Source: a virus
Taxonomy: Duplodnaviria > Caudoviricetes
Length of the DNA stretch: 64,000 nt
IMG/VR virus record: IMGVR_UViG_3300030372_002245
Coordinates: 568 to 64,567 of that record
Direction: 5' to 3' (one strand)
The translations under genes were made by a program, and so were the position numbers. Shown one piece after another: positions 54,455 to 62,340 of this stretch; within the stretch, counting starts at the first letter, position 1; each line of letters starts with the position of its first letter. The notes beneath the pieces are model-generated. The model did no database searches, had not been told where the DNA came from, and saw only the letters and a list, made by a program, of their open reading frames with translations.

Positions 54455-55324
54455 ATGCAACAAGAAGCAGAAAATCAAGACATCGAATTAGAACTTCCCG
54501 AAGGGGAAGGAGATGTCCCTGCTGTAGAAGTTGTAGAAGAAACAACCGCTCAGCAAGAATCTAAAAAAGACGAGTTAGACCAAATCAGCGATTCTGTACA
54601 GAAACGAATTGATAAGCTAACTTATAAAATGAGAGAGGCAGAAAGACAGCGAGATGAAGCTGTTAATTATGCTCAAAGTATGACCGAAAACAATACTACT
54701 TTGAAAGAAAAATTAAAGAATTCCGATTCTTCCCTTTTCAAAGAGTACGATAATAGAGTACAATCGGATATTGATAAATCGAAAATACTTTTAAAAGAGG
54801 CACAAGATGCAGGTGATGCGAACGCGATTGCAGACGCTACTGAAAAACTTTCAAGAGCTAGTGCTGAAGCTGAAAACCTTAGACGTTTGGCAGCTCAGCA
54901 GCAAATTAGGGAACAAAAACAAGCTCAAGAAGTTTCTGTTGAATCTTATCAGCCCTCTTTACAGCCTGAACAACCTCAAGTTGACCCTAAAGCAGAGGCT
55001 TGGGCTAAAAAGAACGAATGGTTCGGAGACGATCAAGCGATGACTTTTGCAGCTTTCGGAGTTCATAAAGAATTAGTAGAGCAAGGAGTTGATCCAACAT
55101 CTGATGAATATTACCAAATGGTTGACAATAAGATGAGAGATAATTTCCCCCATAAATTTTCACAAGAGCAGTCTGCCCCCGTGCAACAGGTTGCTGCCTC
55201 TAGCAGAGGTGCTAGTGGGAAGAAAAATGCGCGCAAAGTAAAGTTGACACCGAGTCAAGTAGCAATAGCGAAAAAACTCAACGTGCCGCTAGAAGAATAT
55301 GCTAAGCATATCGAAGGAGTATAA
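54455..55324 (+). CDS. Capsid scaffolding protein
   Basis: Acidic coiled coil; C-terminal VKLTPSQVAIAKKLNVPLEEYAK; upstream of the capsid genes; GGAGG RBS. Confidence 0.75.
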   Translation: MQQEAENQDIELELPEGEGDVPAVEVVEETTAQQESKKDELDQISDSVQKRIDKLTYKMREAERQRDEAVNYAQSMTENNTTLKEKLKNSDSSLFKEYDNRVQSDIDKSKILLKEAQDAGDANAIADATEKLSRASAEAENLRRLAAQQQIREQKQAQEVSVESYQPSLQPEQPQVDPKAEAWAKKNEWFGDDQAMTFAAFGVHKELVEQGVDPTSDEYYQMVDNKMRDNFPHKFSQEQSAPVQQVAASSRGASGKKNARKVKLTPSQVAIAKKLNVPLEEYAKHIEGV

Positions 55325-55325
55325 A

Positions 55326-55826
55326 ATGACAGAAGAAATAAAAAATTCAGAAGTCGCATCAGATCGAAACTCACGATCTGCCGAGACACGAGTCTCTCAA
55401 ACTCGCAGAAAACCTTGGCAACCCCCGTCCATGTTAGACGCACCCGAAGCTCCTCCTGGATATAAATTCAGGTGGATTCGTGAAGCCACTCGAGGCGAAG
55501 ATGATAAATCTAATATGTCTAAACGTATTAGAGAAGGATATGAACCTGTGAGAGCAGAAGATTATCCTGATTTTGAAGCGCCGACTATCGAAAATGGTTC
55601 TCACAAAGGAGTCATTGGGGTTGGAGGATTAATACTCGCTAAAGTTCCAGTAGAAACTGCAGCAGAGCGTAATGCTTATTTTCAAAAACAAGCACAAGAC
55701 GCAATGCAAGGAGTGGATCAGAACTATATGCGAGAAAGTGACCCTAGAATGCCTATTAAGGATAGTGATATCCAACGGTCTTCTAAGGTTGAATTTGGTA
55801 GTAGGAAAACTTCCGACGAATCGTAA
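55326..55826 (+). CDS. Conserved head-module protein
   Basis: LDAPEAPPGYKFRWIR...GYEPV...GGLILAKVP pattern. Confidence 0.7.
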   Translation: MTEEIKNSEVASDRNSRSAETRVSQTRRKPWQPPSMLDAPEAPPGYKFRWIREATRGEDDKSNMSKRIREGYEPVRAEDYPDFEAPTIENGSHKGVIGVGGLILAKVPVETAAERNAYFQKQAQDAMQGVDQNYMRESDPRMPIKDSDIQRSSKVEFGSRKTSDES

Positions 55827-55851
55827 CTTGTATTAATAATAGGAGATTATT

Positions 55852-56391
55852 ATGGCTAATACAGATAAACCTGATGGTTTTACACCCGCATACCACATGT
55901 ATGGTGGTGTCATTCGTCCTGCAGAGATGAGAATCGCTAGTGGTTACGGAACAGCTATTTATAGCGGTGACGTAGTTACTCTTTCTAGTGGTTATGTTCA
56001 ACAAGCAGGCGCGACAGACACTCCTATAGGGGTATTTTACGGTGTATTTTACACCGCGTCTGATGGGACACCTACGTTTTCTAAAGTATGGACAGCAAGT
56101 ACAGCCACACAAGGTAGTGCAGATGCTGAGGCTTTGGTTTATAACGATCCTGGTATCGTTTACGAAGCTCAATTTACCGCTGGAACTCCAGCAGTAAGTT
56201 TTATCGGCAATAAGTATACTCTTTCAACAACCGCAGGTTCTTCAACCAACGGTAGGTCGAAAGAGGGAGTTACTGCAACTACTTCGAGTGGTGTTGCTTT
56301 ATGTGTCGGTTTCGCGGACACTCCTAGTAACTCTATAGGAGCATATGCACGTGGACTCTTCACATTCCCAACTAATACATTCGCAGTCTAA
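55852..56391 (+). CDS. Capsid cement/decoration protein
   Basis: MAN.D.P.GF.P...I..GD.V...GVF.G motif immediately before the MCP. Confidence 0.65.
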   Translation: MANTDKPDGFTPAYHMYGGVIRPAEMRIASGYGTAIYSGDVVTLSSGYVQQAGATDTPIGVFYGVFYTASDGTPTFSKVWTASTATQGSADAEALVYNDPGIVYEAQFTAGTPAVSFIGNKYTLSTTAGSSTNGRSKEGVTATTSSGVALCVGFADTPSNSIGAYARGLFTFPTNTFAV

Positions 56392-56404
56392 TTAGGAGAA
56401 TAAC

Positions 56405-57313
56405 ATGGCTATAAACAGAGCACAACTCGTAAAAGAACTTGTCCCTGGACTTCATGCTCTCTTTGGATTAGAGTACGAAAGGTATAATAACGAACACGAA
56501 GACATCTTCGACACTGAAAGTTCTGAAAGAGCTTTTGAGGAAGAAGTAATGTTGACGGGTTTCGGGGAAGCACCTGTTAAAGGTGAAGGCGCTGCTGTCA
56601 TCTATGATACTGCACAGGAATCGTGGACTGCTCGTTATTCGCATGAAACAATCGCACTAGCGTTCGCGCTAACAGAAGAAGCAATCGAAGATAACCTCTA
56701 CGATACGCTTTCTTCTCGTTACACGAGAGCACTAGCACGTTCGATGCAACAAACAAAGCAAGTTAAAGCGGCTAACGTTCTTAACAATGCTTTTAGTTCA
56801 TCTTATGTTGGCGGTGATGGAAAAGAGCTTTGCGCTACAGACCATCCAACCGTTGCGAACGTGGATCTTGCGAATGAGCTGTCTACAGCTGCAGACCTTA
56901 ACGAAACCTCTCTTGAACAGTCTTTGATTGATATCGCAGGCTTTAAAGATGAGAGGAATCTCAAGGTCAACGCACAGGCTAGGAAACTTATTATTCCGCC
57001 TGCTTTGCAATTCGTAGCCGATAGGCTTATGGAAACTCCAGGAAGAGTTGGTACTTCAGATAATGACATCAATGCAATTCGCAACATGGGAATGATTGCG
57101 GAAGGCTACGTTGTTAATCATTATCTAACAGATACTGATGCTTTCTTTATCAAAACTGACGTTCCTAACGGACTTAAACATTTCGTTAGAACTGCCGTAT
57201 CTACCAGCATGGAAGGAGACTTCGAAACTGGTAACGTAAGATACAAGGCTAGAGAGCGTTACAGCTTTGGTTGGAGTGACTGGAGAGGCATTTTTGGCTC
57301 ACCAGGAGCGTAG
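56405..57313 (+). CDS. Major capsid protein (HK97 fold, Mu gpT-like family)
   Basis: MAINRAQLVKELVPGLHALFGLEY, EEAIEDNLY, DFETGNVRYKARERYSFG.SDWRG. Confidence 0.92.
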   Translation: MAINRAQLVKELVPGLHALFGLEYERYNNEHEDIFDTESSERAFEEEVMLTGFGEAPVKGEGAAVIYDTAQESWTARYSHETIALAFALTEEAIEDNLYDTLSSRYTRALARSMQQTKQVKAANVLNNAFSSSYVGGDGKELCATDHPTVANVDLANELSTAADLNETSLEQSLIDIAGFKDERNLKVNAQARKLIIPPALQFVADRLMETPGRVGTSDNDINAIRNMGMIAEGYVVNHYLTDTDAFFIKTDVPNGLKHFVRTAVSTSMEGDFETGNVRYKARERYSFGWSDWRGIFGSPGA

Positions 57314-57331
57314 TTCCATTTACGTGAACTT

Positions 57332-57361
57332 GAAAGGGAGCTTCGGCTCCCTTTCTTTTTT
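57332..57361 (+). terminator. Intrinsic terminator after the MCP
   Basis: GAAAGGGAGC-TTCG-GCTCCCTTTC followed by Ts. Confidence 0.92.
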
Positions 57362-57390
57362 GAACTTTATACTATAGAATAAAAAACGAA

Positions 57391-57445
57391 CTAGGAGTAA
57401 ATTGTCCTACAGACTGACCTAGCAGACTCGCCAAGACGGTAGGAC
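57391..57445 (+). ncRNA. Pseudoknotted RNA element downstream of the MCP (possibly the Mu-gpT-DE motif)
   Basis: GTCCTAC/GTAGGAC stem interleaved with CTAGG/CCTAG; located after a gpT-like gene. Confidence 0.6.
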
Positions 57446-57467
57446 TTATTTTTTCGGAGAAAAAATT

Positions 57468-57974
57468 ATGGCACAATCAACCTTTTCAGGTCCAGTAAAA
57501 TCATTAGCTGGTTTTATATCAGCGGGTAATGCTAATGTAGTTAGCCTTACTGCTGACACTTCACTTACGGTAGCTTCTCATGCAGGCAAAGTATTAACGT
57601 GTAATGACGCAGACGGTAAATTTACTTTACCTTCTATCGTTGCAACAGCCCCTGGACGAGATGACGATCCAAATCAAACTAACAATCTGGGAGCTACTTT
57701 TATATTTATCGTAGAAACTGCTGCAACAGATATGGACATACTAACTGACGGAACAGATAAGTTTGTTGGTGGTGTTTATACTGGTAAAGATGACGCAACA
57801 GGTAAAACGTTTATTTCAGGTGCGTCTAACGACGTTATCACTATGAACGGCACAACTAAAGGCGGACTTGTAGGCAGTATCGTAAAAGTAACTGCTATGG
57901 CTTCTGCGAAATACGCGGTAGAGGGAATTATACTTGGTTCAGGAACTATAGTAACTCCATTCGCTGACGCTTAA
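57468..57974 (+). CDS. Conserved virion protein (head fibre/decoration-like)
   Basis: MAQSTFSGPVKS..GF N-terminus; G/T/A-rich. Confidence 0.65.
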   Translation: MAQSTFSGPVKSLAGFISAGNANVVSLTADTSLTVASHAGKVLTCNDADGKFTLPSIVATAPGRDDDPNQTNNLGATFIFIVETAATDMDILTDGTDKFVGGVYTGKDDATGKTFISGASNDVITMNGTTKGGLVGSIVKVTAMASAKYAVEGIILGSGTIVTPFADA

Positions 57975-57989
57975 TATTAGGAGAACACT

Positions 57990-58316
57990 ATGAGTTCAGA
58001 TGTAAAAGCATCAGTTCCTTTAACAAGTTCAGGACGACTCCAAGGATATATTGGAGCATCAGGAGCAGGAACTGCTACAAATTTAGGTTCATTACGAATA
58101 CAATCTATACAGGCTCAGTCTAGTGATGCAGATGCAACTATCATTATTTATGATGGTACAAGCGCTAGTAGCACAAGAATAATAGCTCAGTTTAAATTTG
58201 GTTCAGCAGCGAACGAATCTTTTGATCACTACATACCAGGAAACGGCTGTTATTTTGGAAGCGGTGCTTATGTAGCTTTGACTAACTGCGACTTTTTTGT
58301 TGCTTATTATCAATAA
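57990..58316 (+). CDS. Small virion protein
   Basis: AGGAG RBS; beta-rich. Confidence 0.6.
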   Translation: MSSDVKASVPLTSSGRLQGYIGASGAGTATNLGSLRIQSIQAQSSDADATIIIYDGTSASSTRIIAQFKFGSAANESFDHYIPGNGCYFGSGAYVALTNCDFFVAYYQ

Positions 58317-58330
58317 GGGATAGTTAAGCT

Positions 58331-59002
58331 ATGGCAACTTCTGGCACTCGCGCATTTAATTTAGATGTAGCGACAGCGATAGAAGAAGCATACGAACTTG
58401 CGGGTTTAGAAGCCCGCACTTCGTATGACGCGGTTACAGCTCGTCGTTCTTTAAATATCATGTTTGCTGATTGGTCAAACAGAGGCATTCAAATGTGGGA
58501 GGTTTCTAAAGTAGAGCTAACACTTACTGAAGGAGACAACGATTATTCTATTAACGCTTACGACATAGATATTTTAGATGCGTATATTCAAAGAACTGTA
58601 AATGATGTTGTTACAGACTACACGCTAGACAGAGTGGATCGTAATGAATATGTCGGAATTCCTAATAAAGCAACAAAAGCAAGACCGACCGAATTTTGGC
58701 TAGAACGTTTAAAAACTCCCGTTATTCATCTTTATCCAACACCAGAGAACTCAACGGACAAACTCATTTACTATGCTTGGCAAAGAATTGAAGACGCTAG
58801 TGCGTCTACTCAAGACGTAGACATTCCAAGTCGGTTTATGCCTTGTTTAGCTTCAGGATTAGCTTATTATTTGTGTTTAAAAAAGAATACTCAGAAAATT
58901 CCAATTATTAAACAACAATATGAACAAGATTTAGCTAATGCTTTAAAGTATGATGAAGACCGTTCTTCTATAAGACTTGTTCCTAAACATGAGTATATAT
59001 AA
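58331..59002 (+). CDS. Head-tail adaptor/connector protein
   Basis: MATSGT..F.LD...IEEAYE..G...ARRSLN.MFA.W.NRG, P.RF.P.L..GLAY pattern. Confidence 0.7.
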   Translation: MATSGTRAFNLDVATAIEEAYELAGLEARTSYDAVTARRSLNIMFADWSNRGIQMWEVSKVELTLTEGDNDYSINAYDIDILDAYIQRTVNDVVTDYTLDRVDRNEYVGIPNKATKARPTEFWLERLKTPVIHLYPTPENSTDKLIYYAWQRIEDASASTQDVDIPSRFMPCLASGLAYYLCLKKNTQKIPIIKQQYEQDLANALKYDEDRSSIRLVPKHEYI

Positions 59003-59367
59003 TGAGTTATGCCAGTGGTAAATATGCGCAGTTTATATGTGATACTTGTGGATGGGCTTTTGCATATAAAACAGCAAAAACCACATGGGAAGGTAATAGA
59101 GTTTGTGGAGAATGTTACGAACCGAAACATCCTCAATTAGATCCTCCTCCAATTAGTGTAGATGCGGAAGCCTTATGGAAACCAAGACCAGAAGTGCCTA
59201 TGCCTCAATCTCAATTAGGTGCAGTAACTACAGAAGACCCTTCTTCTGCGGTTATTGATTCTAGAGGAACGAATGCAATGTCCTTTACAGATGATCGTAT
59301 AGGAAGTAAATTTGATGGAGAAGAAGGAACTGGTGAACTTGGCGATATAACAGTGAGTACAACATAA
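59002..59367 (+). CDS. Hypothetical protein with CxxC pairs
   Basis: ICDTCG...VCGECYEPKHPQL. Confidence 0.7.
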   Translation: MSYASGKYAQFICDTCGWAFAYKTAKTTWEGNRVCGECYEPKHPQLDPPPISVDAEALWKPRPEVPMPQSQLGAVTTEDPSSAVIDSRGTNAMSFTDDRIGSKFDGEEGTGELGDITVSTT

Positions 59368-60032
59368 TGGCAGGATTTACATACGGCACTTTAAAAACAG
59401 CAATTCAGGATTATTTAGATAATTCTGAAACAACTTTTACTAATAACTTAGATAATTTTATTCAAACAGCAGAGGAAAGAATTTTAAAAGCAGTTCAACT
59501 TCCTGTGTTTCGTAAAAACGTAACAGGAAGTGTTACAGCTTCCGACACCTATTTAGCGGCTCCTGACGATTTTCTAGCCCCTTATAGTCTAGCAGTACTC
59601 GATGGCAGTAATAATTACAGTTATTTATTACTAAAACACGTTTCCTGGATTCGAGACTATACTCCCGCCGTAGCCACAACTGGCGAACCCCTTTACTATG
59701 CTATTTTCGATAATGATAGTTTTATATTAGCGCCTACACCTAATTCTAATTACAGTGTAGAACTTCATTATTATTACCGACCTAACTCATTAACAACAGT
59801 TAGTTCTAGTAGTCAAACATGGTTATCAGAAAACGCACCAAATGCAATGTTGTATGGTTCACTAGTAGAGGGTGCGGTATTTATGAAATCTGATCCACAA
59901 ACGATTGCTTTATATGATAGTAAATTTCAAGAAGCGTTAGGAATGTTAAAACTTTTGGGGGAGTTTAAAGATGTCAGAGATGAAGCTAGAAACGACCAAA
60001 TAAAAATTTTAGCACAAACTCCTGATGTCTAA
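59367..60032 (+). CDS. Tail tubular/adaptor-like protein
   Basis: TY..LK.AIQDY....FI..AE.RI...PTP...LLYGSL.E pattern. Confidence 0.65.
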   Translation: MAGFTYGTLKTAIQDYLDNSETTFTNNLDNFIQTAEERILKAVQLPVFRKNVTGSVTASDTYLAAPDDFLAPYSLAVLDGSNNYSYLLLKHVSWIRDYTPAVATTGEPLYYAIFDNDSFILAPTPNSNYSVELHYYYRPNSLTTVSSSSQTWLSENAPNAMLYGSLVEGAVFMKSDPQTIALYDSKFQEALGMLKLLGEFKDVRDEARNDQIKILAQTPDV

Positions 60033-60738
60033 AGAACTTACGGGTAGAAAGATCGCTATTGTTGCGATGGGTAAAAGTCAAATAGACTATCATTTATCTA
60101 TAAGCCACAGTCAAGAATACGATGAAGTTTGGGCTATAGGCTCAATGTGCGCTGTTGTAAAAGCCGATAGAGCCTTTATTATGGATCCAGCAACTCGGTT
60201 TTTTGATACTTTCGATGCGGGACCACAAACTCAAGTTATGCGCAGAACTTTGCCTAAATTAGATATTCCTATTTATTCTTGCGTGGAAGATACCCGTGTT
60301 CCTGGAATAGTTCTATACCCTTTAGATAAAGTTATAAAAGAAACGGGTTGTTCTTATTTTAATAATTCTATTGCTTACGCTATTGCTTTTGCACTTTATA
60401 AAAAAGTTGGTTCTATAAATATTTTCGGTGCTGATTTTACATATAAAACTAATGTTCATTTTGGAGAAATGGGACGAGCTTGTTGCGAATTTTGGTTATC
60501 TAAATGCATAACTAAGGGAATTGATGTTGCAGTTGCTCCAAGTTCTTCATTGTTAGATACGAATGTTCCTATACAAGAAAAATTATACGGGTATCATAGA
60601 CTTGAAGATCCTCCTGTTGTTTATATAAACAAAGGAGAATTAACTATTGGAAAAACTTCTGAAGTTTTAGAAAATGCACCACTTATAGGAGTTTCAGGAA
60701 GAAAAGATATAGGACCACCAGAACCAGAGAAATATTAA
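60025..60738 (+). CDS. Rossmann-like transferase (MptE/DUF115 or glycosyltransferase-like)
   Basis: KIAIVAMGKS, EVWAIG, YFNNSIAYAIAFA...INIFGADF, CCEFWL. Confidence 0.5.
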   Translation: MSKELTGRKIAIVAMGKSQIDYHLSISHSQEYDEVWAIGSMCAVVKADRAFIMDPATRFFDTFDAGPQTQVMRRTLPKLDIPIYSCVEDTRVPGIVLYPLDKVIKETGCSYFNNSIAYAIAFALYKKVGSINIFGADFTYKTNVHFGEMGRACCEFWLSKCITKGIDVAVAPSSSLLDTNVPIQEKLYGYHRLEDPPVVYINKGELTIGKTSEVLENAPLIGVSGRKDIGPPEPEKY

Positions 60739-61028
60739 TGCAAACAGATAAATTCGAAATCTCGATAGGAAATCTTGGAGTTACGACAACAGATCGTCGA
60801 GGACATACGGTAGAAGAAGTTGCTGAAATGGCAACTAACAAATTAGTTTCAGTTGCAGATACTGCACCTGGACCAATAAAAGCACAGGCACACGCTTTTA
60901 AAAATTTGTGCCAACATATTATTGCTTATTATATGCAAGAGGCGATTAAAAACCATATGTGTACTATAGGTAATCAACTAGAACAGCAAGGTCATAAAGA
61001 TCTTGCGGAAATTATAAGGAGACTATAA
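60738..61028 (+). CDS. Conserved hypothetical protein
   Basis: V.TT..RGH..EEVAEMA..K...QA.AFK pattern. Confidence 0.65.
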   Translation: MQTDKFEISIGNLGVTTTDRRGHTVEEVAEMATNKLVSVADTAPGPIKAQAHAFKNLCQHIIAYYMQEAIKNHMCTIGNQLEQQGHKDLAEIIRRL

Positions 61029-61459
61029 TGGCTATAACTCAGGCAATGTGTACTTCTTTCAAAAGTGAGCTTTTGCAAGCGGTACATAACTTTAAAGCAT
61101 CTGGAGGAAACTCTTTTAAACTTGCTTTATACACTAGCTCCGCGACTATGAGTGCTGCTACTACAGCTTATAGCACAGGGCAAGAAGCCTCAGGAACGAA
61201 CTATACTGCAGGTGGAGCAGCTTTAACAAACGTTAATCCTACAACATCAGGAACAACTGCGTACACTGATTTTGCTGATTTGACTTTTGGAACAGCTACT
61301 ATCACTGCGAGAGGTTGTATGATTTATAATGATACAGCCAGTGGCGATCCAGCAGTTGCCGTTTTTGATTTTGGTGGAGACAAAACAAGTACAGCAGGTA
61401 GTTTTACAATATCTTTCCCAACCGCAGACGCAAGTAACGCTGTTATTAGAATAGCGTAA
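61028..61459 (+). CDS. Conserved virion structural protein
   Basis: MAITQAMCTSFKSELL...FKLALYTS...YTAGG...LDFGGDKT-like. Confidence 0.7.
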   Translation: MAITQAMCTSFKSELLQAVHNFKASGGNSFKLALYTSSATMSAATTAYSTGQEASGTNYTAGGAALTNVNPTTSGTTAYTDFADLTFGTATITARGCMIYNDTASGDPAVAVFDFGGDKTSTAGSFTISFPTADASNAVIRIA

Positions 61460-61465
61460 CCAATC

Positions 61466-62296
61466 ATGTCTGGTTGGGGTCGATCCACATGGGGTACTGG
61501 TCCGTGGGGTGAACCTGCAATCGTTAGTGTTACAGTTAATGTAACAGGTGTTGCGGGAACTACTGCCTTAGGAACAGAGACCGTTAGTTGTGATGCCAAT
61601 GTCGCAGAGACAGGTGTTGCAGCTACAGGGGGTATCGGCAGTCTAACTGTAACAGGTGTAGCTAATGTTACAGAGACAGGTGTAGCTGGAACAAGTGCAC
61701 TAGGATCGTTAAGCATCTCTGCTGATGCCAATGTCAGTGAAACAGGAGTAGCCGGCACAGGAGCTGTCAGCTCTCTTACTGTTACAGGGGTTGCTAATCT
61801 TTCTGTTACAGGACTAGCGGGAACCACCGCTTTAGGCACGGAATCGGTTAGCGCTGATGCGAATGTCAGTGAAACAGGAGTAGCTGGTACAGGTGCGGTT
61901 GGTACAGTTGTTGCGAATGGTGTAGCGATTGTAGGTGTTAGCGGTGCTGCTTCAACAATATCGCAAGGCGATGAAACAGTTACTTGTGATGCTAATGTTT
62001 ATCCAACAGGATTAGCTGGAACAAGTGCATTAGGTACACTAAGCCTTGTAACAAACAATATTATTTCTGTTACTCAAAGTGCTAGTACAGGACAAATTGG
62101 CGACCTTACTTCTCAAGCAAGTGCAGGAACTTCAGTTACAGGAGTTAGCGCAACAGGAGCAGTTAGTCAATTACAGGTTTGGGGAAAAATTGTTCCCTCT
62201 CAAACACCAAATTATACGGAAGTAACTGAAACTCAAAATCCGAGTTGGACAGAAGTAACGGAAACTCAAGACCCAGGATGGAAGGAAGTTGCTTAA
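61466..62296 (+). CDS. Gly/Thr/Val-rich repeat protein (fibre/collar-like)
   Basis: ~19-aa repeats (TGVAGT.A.G...V..DANV.E); near-identical DNA repeats at ~61721 and ~61853. Confidence 0.7.
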   Translation: MSGWGRSTWGTGPWGEPAIVSVTVNVTGVAGTTALGTETVSCDANVAETGVAATGGIGSLTVTGVANVTETGVAGTSALGSLSISADANVSETGVAGTGAVSSLTVTGVANLSVTGLAGTTALGTESVSADANVSETGVAGTGAVGTVVANGVAIVGVSGAASTISQGDETVTCDANVYPTGLAGTSALGTLSLVTNNIISVTQSASTGQIGDLTSQASAGTSVTGVSATGAVSQLQVWGKIVPSQTPNYTEVTETQNPSWTEVTETQDPGWKEVA

Positions 62297-62340
62297 TTTT
62301 TATAAAAAATGCGCTATAATCAATAAATTGGAGACAGAAT

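Noticed and set aside
61324-61839. 171-aa minus-strand ORF with PVT repeats
   Set aside because: Antisense shadow of the Gly/Thr/Val repeat gene. The other short minus-strand ORFs inside long + genes were rejected for the same reason.
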